Shown: positions 20,151 through 28,766 of the stretch, piece after piece
How the letters are laid out: the number at the start of each line of letters is the position of its first letter
Position numbering within the stretch: position 1 is the stretch's first letter
NCBI GenBank assembly: GCA_946611235.1
Contig: CAMODE010000040.1
Location: forward strand, 10,149 to 74,148
From: an uncultured Bacillales bacterium
GTDB taxonomy: Bacteria > Bacillota_I > Bacilli_A > RF39 > UBA660
DNA length: 64,000 nt
Reading direction: 5' to 3'
Program-made: the position numbers and the translations under genes
Notes under the pieces: model-generated
What the model was told of the DNA's origin: nothing
What the model saw: only the letters and a program-made list of their open reading frames with translations
The model's database searches: none

Positions 20151-20517
20151 ATGAGTAAATTATATAGATATAGTGAAAAAGAAATTAATAATTTTAGAGG
20201 TGGTAAAGTAACAATTGCCAATAATCAAAAAGATATAATCAAATTTATTAACAAATCAAAAATAGAAAAAAGATAATTCTAAGTTATATTTAGGAAAAAT
20301 TGGTAACGATCTGGCACAAAGAATAAAAAAGGATATAAACATTGATATAGAAAATTACAATATATCTTTAAAATCAGACTCGGTACGCCATATATTAAAT
20401 CGGCATTCTAGTAATAATGAATTTTTAAAAGGACAAGTGCCTATAGTTGATGAAGACTTCAAATTAATTTCTAAAATTATATCTAATTACGATAATAACA
20501 GTAGAAAAGCTTATTAA
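20151..20517 (+). pseudogene. Frameshifted small gene (~122 aa if repaired); +1 shift in an A6 run at 20266-20271
   Basis: ATG 20151 with strong RBS (GGGGGG), stop at 20274. Same protein continues in the +1 frame from 20266 to stop 20515-20517 (KLYLGKIGNDL...SDSVRHILNRH...). Confidence 0.6.
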
Positions 20518-20590
20518 TAATAAATATTATTTAGTAAATTATATTTCAAATAAAAATCATACATTTGAAATAAAAACAATGTACAAGCAT

Positions 20591-20671
20591 AAAAAAAAGA
20601 ACTCTGCCACTGGAGATAATGCTAAATAGCCCTATCCAAACGCCCCAAGCGGACAGCGGTACAAGTTCTTT
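20591..20671 (+). other. GC-rich ~60-nt island bounded by an 11-bp perfect inverted repeat (AAAAAAGAACT / AGTTCTTTTTT); candidate structured RNA or terminator-like element
   Basis: Read directly. Local GC far above the ~25% background. The IR closes a long stem followed by a U-run. Confidence 0.4.
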
Positions 20672-20801
20672 TTTCTGATAATAAAATATCATAAATTAAT
20701 GATATTGTCAATTATCTAATAATATTTATATGATAAAAAAAGAATAATATTCATTATAAAATTGCAAATATAAGTAAAATATGATAAGAATAATCATCAT
20801 C

Positions 20802-20830
20802 TTGATTAAAAACAAATATTCAAGTATAAT
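20802..20830 (+). promoter_or_regulatory. Putative sigma-A promoter TTGATT-17-TATAAT upstream of the acyl-CoA ligase
   Basis: TTGATT 20802-20807, TATAAT 20825-20830. Confidence 0.5.
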
Positions 20831-20863
20831 AATAGTAGTGTAAAAATAGAGAGGTTAAATAGT

Positions 20864-22639
20864 ATGGGAATATTTGATTTTAGATTACTAAGTTTTATTG
20901 GAATAAAGAAAACACCCAAAGCACCATGGAGTAAATATTATAAAAAGACTTCTATGAAGATAAGATTAAGAGATGAAAACATCTATGATTATATGAAAAG
21001 AAAGATGATTAAACATCACTTTGAAAATAATATAGCAATTAATTATTTTGGCACTAAAATAACATATAAAGAATTTATAAATAAAATAGATAATTGTGCT
21101 AATAAATTATTAAGTATTGGAATAAAAAAATATGATATTGTAACAATATTATCAGCGAATGTTCCCGAAGCTTTAATATCCTTTTATGCCCTAAATAAAA
21201 TAGGAGCAGTATCTAACATATTACACCCCTTATTATCAGAAAATGAAATATTAGAGGCCTTAAATAAATATGATACAAAATGCTTAATAGCCTTAGATAT
21301 AACACTAGATAAAGTAAATAAAATACTTCCTAAAACAAAAGTAAAAAAAGTAATCGTAATAAGTCCATCTAATTCTATGAATATATTACTAAAAACCTTA
21401 TATAATGTTAAAACATTTAAAACAAAATATAAAATAATAACAAACTTATCTAGTAAATATATGTCTTGGAATAAATTCATTAAAATTAGAGATAAAGATA
21501 TATATTATGATAAAACATCATTAAAAGATGATCCAGCTTTAATATTGCAAAGTGGGGGATCCACTGGTACACCAAAAGGAATAGTATTATCTAATGGTAA
21601 TGTAAATGCTTCAACAGTAGCAGCCATTAATGCTTATCCCGATTTATGTAAGGACGATAGAATATTAGGTATTATGCCAATCTTTCATGGCTTTGGACTT
21701 GAAGTATCAATAAATGATGCTTTCTGTGTAGGAGCAGAAGTAGTATTAATACCAACATTTAAAGCAAGTGAATTTCATAAACTATTAATTAAACATAAAC
21801 CAACGGTAATAGTAGGAGTACCAACATTATTTGAAGCACTTACTACTAATAAAAATATGGAAAACGTTGATTTATCAAATTTAAAATATGTAATCGCAGG
21901 AGGAGATACTCTAAGTAAGAAAAGAGTTGAAAATATAAATGATTTTCTACATAGACATAAAGCTAAAACAAATATGATTCAAGGATATGGTCTTACTGAA
22001 GCCGTTGCTGCAGCTTCAGTTGACTTAAGGGATTTATCTCGCCCCGGAACAATTGGAGTGCCTTGGCCAGGAATATATATTGGAATATTTGAGCCTAATA
22101 CTGATATAGAATTAGATTATGATACTGATGGAGAAATATGTATATGTGGACCTACCGTAATGTTAGGATATTATAATAATGAGGCTGAAACAAATTTAAC
22201 ATTAAAACATCATAAAGATGGAAATATTTGGCTTCATACTGGTGATATTGGTTCAATGGATAAAGATGGCTTTATAACTTATAAACAAAGACTAAAAAGA
22301 ATGATAATAACTTCTGGTTATAATGTATATCCATCTCAAATAGAAGAAGTTCTTATGACTCATGAAGCAGTATTAAATGTTTCAGTAATAGGTATTCCTC
22401 ATCCATATAAAAAAGAAATACCAAAAGCCTATATAGTTCTAAAAAAAGGATATAAAAAGAGTGAAGAATTAAAAGAAGAACTAATAAAACTATGTAAAAA
22501 GAATCTCGCAGTATATTCAGTACCAAAAGAAATAGAATTCATAGATAGTCTGCCTAAAACAGTCGTAGGTAAAGTAGACTTTAATAAATTAAGAGAAAAG
22601 AGTATAAGATTGGAGAAGATAAATAATGGGAAGAAGTAA
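20864..22639 (+). CDS. AMP-dependent synthetase/ligase (acyl-CoA synthetase family)
   Basis: AMP-binding motif SGGSTGTPKG, plus the GYGLTEA and DGxxxTGD-like motifs. Good RBS. Confidence 0.85.
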   Translation: MGIFDFRLLSFIGIKKTPKAPWSKYYKKTSMKIRLRDENIYDYMKRKMIKHHFENNIAINYFGTKITYKEFINKIDNCANKLLSIGIKKYDIVTILSANVPEALISFYALNKIGAVSNILHPLLSENEILEALNKYDTKCLIALDITLDKVNKILPKTKVKKVIVISPSNSMNILLKTLYNVKTFKTKYKIITNLSSKYMSWNKFIKIRDKDIYYDKTSLKDDPALILQSGGSTGTPKGIVLSNGNVNASTVAAINAYPDLCKDDRILGIMPIFHGFGLEVSINDAFCVGAEVVLIPTFKASEFHKLLIKHKPTVIVGVPTLFEALTTNKNMENVDLSNLKYVIAGGDTLSKKRVENINDFLHRHKAKTNMIQGYGLTEAVAAASVDLRDLSRPGTIGVPWPGIYIGIFEPNTDIELDYDTDGEICICGPTVMLGYYNNEAETNLTLKHHKDGNIWLHTGDIGSMDKDGFITYKQRLKRMIITSGYNVYPSQIEEVLMTHEAVLNVSVIGIPHPYKKEIPKAYIVLKKGYKKSEELKEELIKLCKKNLAVYSVPKEIEFIDSLPKTVVGKVDFNKLREKSIRLEKINNGKK

Positions 22640-23489
22640 TACCAAAAGAATAAAAATAGGAGGAATGAGTCAACTATTAATTGACTTAAAACCGAGAAGA
22701 TGTGATGCTGATGTATTTTTAAACACACCTGTTGATGTAACCAATTTAGTAAAATATATTGATGATAAAAAGAAAGAAGGAGAAAAAGTAACATACTTTC
22801 ATGCCTTTCTATTAGCCTTAGCAAAAACAATATATAATAGACCAAAACTAAATAGATTTATTTCCAATAGACACATGTATGAACACACTAATGTTGTCAT
22901 ATCATTTGTCGCTAAAGTAGAATTTGAAGATAATGCCGAAGAATTAATGTTATTAATTGAAGTATCTCCTGATGACAATTTAGCATCAATATCCAAAAAA
23001 ATCAAAGATAAAATAGCAGATTTGAGAGAAAAGAAAGTAGATAAAAAAGGAGCAAACTCCGCTATCGACACATTAGGTAAACTTCCTAATATCATAAGAG
23101 TACCCCTAGTAGGAACACTAAAGTGGATGGATAAAGTAGGATGCCTTCCTAAAAGTCTACAAGAAGATGACTTATATTTTGCTTCAGCCATAGTAACAGA
23201 TATTGGTTCATTAAAATCAGATTCAATATATCATAATAATACCAATTTTGGTACCTGTTCATCAATTACTGCCATAGGAGAAATAAGAGATACCATAAAA
23301 GTAGTAGATGGAAAAGAAAAAATAATCAAATCAGCAAATTTTGGTATTAATTTTGATGAAAGAGTAGCAGATGGTTTCTATATGATAAAAGCTTTTAAAA
23401 TGTTAGAATACATAATAGAAAATCCTCATCTATTGGAAGAAAGAGCAGATACAAAAATAATTCTTCCAGATACAAAGAAGAAAATGTAA
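22626..23489 (+). CDS. Acyltransferase resembling the catalytic (CAT-fold) domain of 2-oxoacid dehydrogenase E2 subunits, without lipoyl or E3-binding domains
   Basis: 14-nt overlap with the ligase. C-terminal block INFDERVADGF aligns to the E2 active-site DHRxxDG, with His replaced by Glu. Confidence 0.55.
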   Translation: MGRSNTKRIKIGGMSQLLIDLKPRRCDADVFLNTPVDVTNLVKYIDDKKKEGEKVTYFHAFLLALAKTIYNRPKLNRFISNRHMYEHTNVVISFVAKVEFEDNAEELMLLIEVSPDDNLASISKKIKDKIADLREKKVDKKGANSAIDTLGKLPNIIRVPLVGTLKWMDKVGCLPKSLQEDDLYFASAIVTDIGSLKSDSIYHNNTNFGTCSSITAIGEIRDTIKVVDGKEKIIKSANFGINFDERVADGFYMIKAFKMLEYIIENPHLLEERADTKIILPDTKKKM

Positions 23490-23506
23490 ATTAAGTGTAA
23501 ACTGAA

Positions 23507-23546
23507 ATATAACATATTGTAAATAATAAATAAATATGTTATATTC
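23507..23546 (+). promoter_or_regulatory. 13-bp perfect inverted repeat AATATAACATATT-14-AATATGTTATATT upstream of gene 23573 (operator or hairpin)
   Basis: Read directly in the sequence. Confidence 0.4.
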
Positions 23547-23572
23547 TTATTATAGAAGAAGGAGTTGAAAAA

Positions 23573-24298
23573 ATGAAAAAAATAAAATTAACAAAAGAAG
23601 AGGATAGAGATCAAAAGACATTAGCAAAACAATATAAAAGATTAGAAATATTTATAATAATATTTATGGCTATAGCCATATGCCTAGGTACATTCTATTT
23701 TAATGTCATATGTTTTGGAACTGAGTGTGAGAACAAGTCTCCAACACCACTCATTATAATTAATACAGGAAAAACAAATACAAATGATAAAGAAAACCAG
23801 AATGCATTACAAGAAAATGACAACAATCAAAATTTAGATTATATTTTTGGTGAGGAAGTAAAAATATCTAAATTAGAAAACATAGACGAAATTAATATTG
23901 ATGGAAACAATGATTTTTCAAAATGGAACATTTTATCTACTAATGGCGATCTAGTAACTTTATATAGTTCTTCATCATTAGGAAAGGAATCCAGTTTTTC
24001 TGAAACCAAAATAGCATTTGAAAAAATATTATCTAAATATAATGTTAAAGTAGAGGAAGTAAGACTATTAAATGAAAACGAATTAGAACTTTTTGGATGC
24101 GATCCAATTAATACAAAAAATTGTAAAGATATTCCATCTTGGGCTGGTACAAGCTTAACAGAAGTTGCATCAGAAAAAATAGTTTTAGTTTTTCCAGGTT
24201 CTGATAATGTAGGTAAATTAGATGGAATACCAAATGATGGTAGTGCTTTAGCACCTATAAGGCCGGTAATAGTAATTAATAAATCTGAATTAAATTAA
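23573..24298 (+). CDS. Membrane-anchored (N-terminal TM) extracytoplasmic hypothetical protein
   Basis: RBS GAAGGAG. TM segment IFIIIFMAIAICLGTFYF. No recognised domain. Confidence 0.6.
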   Translation: MKKIKLTKEEDRDQKTLAKQYKRLEIFIIIFMAIAICLGTFYFNVICFGTECENKSPTPLIIINTGKTNTNDKENQNALQENDNNQNLDYIFGEEVKISKLENIDEINIDGNNDFSKWNILSTNGDLVTLYSSSSLGKESSFSETKIAFEKILSKYNVKVEEVRLLNENELELFGCDPINTKNCKDIPSWAGTSLTEVASEKIVLVFPGSDNVGKLDGIPNDGSALAPIRPVIVINKSELN

Positions 24299-24328
24299 TG
24301 TAACCAAATAGGTTACATTTTCTTTTTA
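24297..24328 (+). terminator. Rho-independent terminator
   Basis: AATGTAACC / GGTTACATT stem plus T-run. Confidence 0.6.
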
Positions 24329-24450
24329 TCTAGAATAAAATATATGTATACAAGATTATACATAATAAAGGTATTATCAAAGTAACTTGTTACTTTGACC
24401 ACGAAGTGGAAATAACATAATAAAATAAGTAAATTACTTGACACTAACTC

Positions 24451-24479
24451 TTGATAAAATAAAATAAGTAAAGTATAAT
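24451..24479 (+). promoter_or_regulatory. Putative promoter TTGATA-17-TATAAT for gpmI (alternative -35 TTGACA at 24438)
   Basis: Spacing counted directly. Confidence 0.5.
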
Positions 24480-24504
24480 TAAATAGGAAATAGGTGATAT
24501 ATAA

Positions 24505-26016
24505 ATGAAAAAAATATTATTATGTATAATGGATGGAGTAGGACTAACCAAAGAAAAAAAATATAATGCTGTATATAATGCTAAAACTCCTGTACTAGAT
24601 AAATTATGGGATAAATATCCCAACTGCCTACTAGAAGCATCATCTACTTATGTAGGACTGCCTATTGGTCAAATGGGAAATAGTGAAGTAGGACATATGA
24701 ATATGGGCGCAGGTAGAATAGTATATCAATCACTAGAATTAATAAATAGTAAAATAAAGGATAAAACATTCTATGATAATATAGAATTACTAAATGTTAT
24801 AAATCATGTTAAAGAAAATAATTCCAAACTACATCTAATAGGATTACTATCTGATGGAGGAGTACATTCTCATATCAATCATTTATTTGCACTATTAGAT
24901 TTATGTAAAAAAGAAAAAGTAAAAGATGTATATATTCATATCTTTACTGATGGAAGAGATGTAAGTCCCACTAGCGGAATAAAATATATAGAAAGCTTAG
25001 AAAAGAAAATAAAAAGTATTAAATTAGGAAAAATAGCTTCAATTAGTGGAAGATACTATGGAATGGATCGAGATAATAGATTTGATAGAGTAAAGAAAAG
25101 TTATGATGTAATGACTAGTCCTGGAGAAGTAAAAGAAGTAAAAAAAGTATGGAAAGAAAGTCATAAAGAAGGAATAACAGATGAATTTATAATTCCATAT
25201 CGAACTTGTAATAATGGCTATATAACAGATAATGATGGCTTAATTTTCTTTAACTATAGACCAGATCGAGTAAGAGAACTTGCTAGTATCTTTACCAACG
25301 ATAAGTATGAAGCATTTGATAGAGAAAAAATAAACAATCTAAAAGTAGTAACAATGATGAAAGTTACTGATACCGTACTATGTCCTAGTGCTTTTGAATT
25401 AGATAAACTAGAAAATACTCTCGGAGAATATATATCTAATCAAGGACTATCTCAACTAAGAATAGCAGAAACCGAAAAGTATGCCCATGTAACATATTTC
25501 TTTGATGGAGGAATAGATAAAGTATATAAAAATGAAAAAAGAATCCTAGTACCAAGTCCTAAAGTAGCAACCTATGATTTAGAACCACAAATGAGTGCTA
25601 ATATGATAACAGCATCTCTTGTCAAAGAAATAACCACTAACCATGAAGACTTAATAATATTAAATTTTGCTAATGGTGATATGGTCGGACATACCGGAGA
25701 CTATAATGCCGCCTTAACAGCAGTAGAAACCGTAGACTCATGTATTGGTAAAATATTAGATAATATCTCACTAGATGAATATACCCTAATCATAACCGCA
25801 GATCATGGAAACTGTGAAGTTATGAAAAATAAGGATGGAAGTATTAATACTAGTCATACTACTAATGTTGTCCCATTTATCGTAACAGATAAAAAACTAA
25901 AACTAACAAATGGTAAACTAGGAGATATAGCACCAACTATATTATATTTAATGGGACTAGATATACCTAAAGAAATGACCGGCAATATACTAGTTAAAAA
26001 TAGAAGAAGGAAGTAA
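24505..26016 (+). CDS. gpmI: 2,3-bisphosphoglycerate-independent phosphoglycerate mutase
   Basis: iPGM N-terminal motif (ILLCIMDGVGL), metal-binding residues, ~500 aa. Confidence 0.9.
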   Translation: MKKILLCIMDGVGLTKEKKYNAVYNAKTPVLDKLWDKYPNCLLEASSTYVGLPIGQMGNSEVGHMNMGAGRIVYQSLELINSKIKDKTFYDNIELLNVINHVKENNSKLHLIGLLSDGGVHSHINHLFALLDLCKKEKVKDVYIHIFTDGRDVSPTSGIKYIESLEKKIKSIKLGKIASISGRYYGMDRDNRFDRVKKSYDVMTSPGEVKEVKKVWKESHKEGITDEFIIPYRTCNNGYITDNDGLIFFNYRPDRVRELASIFTNDKYEAFDREKINNLKVVTMMKVTDTVLCPSAFELDKLENTLGEYISNQGLSQLRIAETEKYAHVTYFFDGGIDKVYKNEKRILVPSPKVATYDLEPQMSANMITASLVKEITTNHEDLIILNFANGDMVGHTGDYNAALTAVETVDSCIGKILDNISLDEYTLIITADHGNCEVMKNKDGSINTSHTTNVVPFIVTDKKLKLTNGKLGDIAPTILYLMGLDIPKEMTGNILVKNRRRK

Positions 26017-26029
26017 AGGAGTATAAAAA

Positions 26030-27046
26030 ATGTTAAATCTATTAAATAATCCAAATTTTGATAATGAAAGAAACACTCTTAATGCTGATTTATTTGTAAA
26101 CAATCTAAAAAATAATCTAAAGGCCTTTGGCTTTAATCCAAAAGTAAAATATGTTGTATATAGACATATTACAATCTATAATGTATCATGGAATGATGAT
26201 AAAACATATAATGATATTTTAGAATTAAAAAAAGAAATAGCTCTATCTTTAGGAATAAATGTTAATGAATTAAAGATAAAAAAGGTATCTGATAATGAAA
26301 TCGAAATAAAAGTAAGTAATATGAAAATAGAACCATTATCACTAAAAGAATTATTATCATTATATAAAGAAGATAATACCTTTAAAGTAATGCTAGGACT
26401 AGATGAAAAAGATAGTCCTGTATATTTTGATTTTGATAAAGAAAAAAGCCTATTAGTAACAGGAGTAACTGGAATAGGTAAAACAAATCTATTTAATAAT
26501 ATCATTATGAATATCTTAATAAATTATCAAGATGTAAAAGTAGTAATACTAGATTCCCAAAGTATTAACTATAACCAGTATAATGATGTTTATGAAGTAG
26601 TAAATAATGAGCAAGATATAATAGATAGAATTAGAAGTATAAGAAAAGAATTTGAAGAAAGAATAAAAACAGGAAATAAAGAAAGAGTCGTAGTCTTTAT
26701 CGATGAAATATATGAAATACTAAAACTGGATAATAATATCAAAAATGATATCAACTATTTATTAGAATTAGGTAGTATGGCAAATATTCATTTAGTTGTG
26801 TCTACTGATAGTGTCCTAGAAGAAGATACATATAATATTTTTAACAGGGATAATATAGCTAAAATAGCCTTCTATTTAACAAGTAGAGGCGAATATAATA
26901 TGTTTATTGGTAAAGTAGTAAAGGACAGTTTAAATAATGATGGATTATATCTTGATAGTGAAAATAACTTAACAAGAATAACCGTTCCTTTAATAAATGA
27001 TGATGAAATAGAAAGAGTAGTTAACCATGTCAAAGAAAAAAGATAA
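26030..27046 (+). CDS. Soluble minimal FtsK/SpoIIIE-family ATPase (alpha+beta motor domains only; no TM, no gamma domain)
   Basis: Walker A GVTGIGKT, followed by VKVVILDSQSINYNQY (FtsK-like hhhhDPK region), Walker B VVVFIDE, and an HLVVSTD block. Confidence 0.6.
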   Translation: MLNLLNNPNFDNERNTLNADLFVNNLKNNLKAFGFNPKVKYVVYRHITIYNVSWNDDKTYNDILELKKEIALSLGINVNELKIKKVSDNEIEIKVSNMKIEPLSLKELLSLYKEDNTFKVMLGLDEKDSPVYFDFDKEKSLLVTGVTGIGKTNLFNNIIMNILINYQDVKVVILDSQSINYNQYNDVYEVVNNEQDIIDRIRSIRKEFEERIKTGNKERVVVFIDEIYEILKLDNNIKNDINYLLELGSMANIHLVVSTDSVLEEDTYNIFNRDNIAKIAFYLTSRGEYNMFIGKVVKDSLNNDGLYLDSENNLTRITVPLINDDEIERVVNHVKEKR

Positions 27047-28031
27047 TATATTAACTATTATATTATCCTTTTGTGATGTAATCGCAGTAACAGTATTATT
27101 CTTATTATACGGTCCATATAATAGCTTTAGAGACTGGCTTGTAACTACCGCTATGAGTACCATGAGGCATCAATATTTAGCTACTACTTTCTATAGTAAT
27201 GAAGTAATAAATAAAATATTAGAAAATAATGTCGTAATTGAACCAGAATTCAATACCGATACCAATCTAATAGTCGCAGAGCCACATACATATATAGACG
27301 AATATGATAAAGAAATATTAGAACATAATGAAGACGATTTATATAAAATAATTGAAATAGAGGAAAAAAGTTTTAATGGCTATATGGCTGCTATATACGA
27401 CCCATCTAAAATAAGAGTAGTTACTAGTAAATATTTAGGTACTAAAGGAGAATACTTAGTTGATATGTCTAAAAGAGAAGGAGCAGTACTAGCTATCAAT
27501 GGTGGAGGTTTTGTGGATGCCAATGGCTTAGGCGATGGAGGAGAACCAGTAGGAACAATTATTAAAAATGGGAAAATATTAAATTATGAAAGCGGTTCTT
27601 GGGGAAGAGGTATAATAGGTTTCACTAATGATAACAAATTATATCTAGGTAAGATATCTGCAAGAGAAGCCGTAAATATAGGAATTAGAGATGCTGTCGA
27701 ATTCGGACCATTTCTAATAGTAAATGGACAGTCTAGTTTTATTAATGGTAATGGCGGTTATGGATATCATCCAAGAAGTGCTATAGCACAAAGACAAGAT
27801 GGAATTGTATTATTTCTAGTAATAGATGGAAGAAGCCTAAAAAGTAAAGGGGCAGACATGAATGACTTGGTAGAAATACTTCTAAGATATCACGCTTATA
27901 ATGCTGCTAATCTAGATGGCGGAAACTCTAGTGTCCTAGTTGTCGATAACGAAATAATTAACCATCCATATAATTGGGATAATAGGGAAGAAACTAGACC
28001 TATCCCAGATGGCTTTATATTAGTCCCATAA
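27027..28031 (+). CDS. Phosphodiester glycosidase-domain protein (NAGPA-like 'exopolysaccharide biosynthesis protein'), N-terminal TM
   Basis: C-terminal NLDGGNSS motif typical of the phosphodiester glycosidase family. Overlaps the upstream gene by 20 nt. Confidence 0.65.
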   Translation: MSKKKDNILTIILSFCDVIAVTVLFLLYGPYNSFRDWLVTTAMSTMRHQYLATTFYSNEVINKILENNVVIEPEFNTDTNLIVAEPHTYIDEYDKEILEHNEDDLYKIIEIEEKSFNGYMAAIYDPSKIRVVTSKYLGTKGEYLVDMSKREGAVLAINGGGFVDANGLGDGGEPVGTIIKNGKILNYESGSWGRGIIGFTNDNKLYLGKISAREAVNIGIRDAVEFGPFLIVNGQSSFINGNGGYGYHPRSAIAQRQDGIVLFLVIDGRSLKSKGADMNDLVEILLRYHAYNAANLDGGNSSVLVVDNEIINHPYNWDNREETRPIPDGFILVP

Positions 28032-28043
28032 AAGGAGAGTATT

Positions 28044-28766
28044 ATGAAAGTAGTACCAATAATACCATCATTGGATCCAGATAATGAATTAATAACATTA
28101 GTAGATAACCTAATAAAATCAGGATTTAAAAAAATAATAATAGTAGATGATGATACAAAGGATAAAACCATATTTAATAAATTAAAAGAATATAAAGAAT
28201 GTATAATACTATCACATAAAGAAAACAAGGGTAAAGGTATAGCACTAAAAACAGCTTTTAAATATTATAAAGATAATCTAATGGATAATTATAAAGGAGT
28301 AGTATGTTTAGATAGTGATGGACAACATACCATCGAAGACATCCTAAATATATCAAACAAATTATTAGAAACAAATAATTTTATATTAGGAACTAGATTA
28401 TTTAATACAAAAGAAACACCATTTAGAAATAAATTTGGTAATAGATTAACATCATTGTTATTTAAATTACTTTATAAAGTATATATAAAAGACACCCAAA
28501 CAGGATTAAGAGCAATACCAAATAGATTAATAGAATTACACCTTAATACAAAAGGCTCTAGATTTGAATATGAAATAAATACATTAATTAATATAGTACT
28601 AAACAAGGAAAAAATTGAAGAAGTAGATATAAAAACAGTATATTTAGAAGATAGTAATAAACATAGCCATTTTAATCCAATAAAAGATTCATATAAGGTA
28701 TATAAAGTGTTGTTTACGAGAAAAATAAAAAAGGTGGTTAGTAATGAAAAAAAAATCAAAAAATGA
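28044..28766 (+). CDS. Glycosyltransferase family 2 (polyprenol-phosphate sugar synthase-like)
   Basis: GT-A fold motifs (VVDDDT..., DSDGQH). RBS AAAGGAGAG. Confidence 0.75.
   Translation: MKVVPIIPSLDPDNELITLVDNLIKSGFKKIIIVDDDTKDKTIFNKLKEYKECIILSHKENKGKGIALKTAFKYYKDNLMDNYKGVVCLDSDGQHTIEDILNISNKLLETNNFILGTRLFNTKETPFRNKFGNRLTSLLFKLLYKVYIKDTQTGLRAIPNRLIELHLNTKGSRFEYEINTLINIVLNKEKIEEVDIKTVYLEDSNKHSHFNPIKDSYKVYKVLFTRKIKKVVSNEKKIKK

Noticed and set aside
20552-20692. 46-codon minus-strand ORF with two hydrophobic segments through the GC-rich island (possible type I toxin-like peptide)
   Set aside because: No RBS upstream. An open frame is expected by chance because the GC-rich patch lacks AT-rich stop codons. 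Kept only as a remote possibility.
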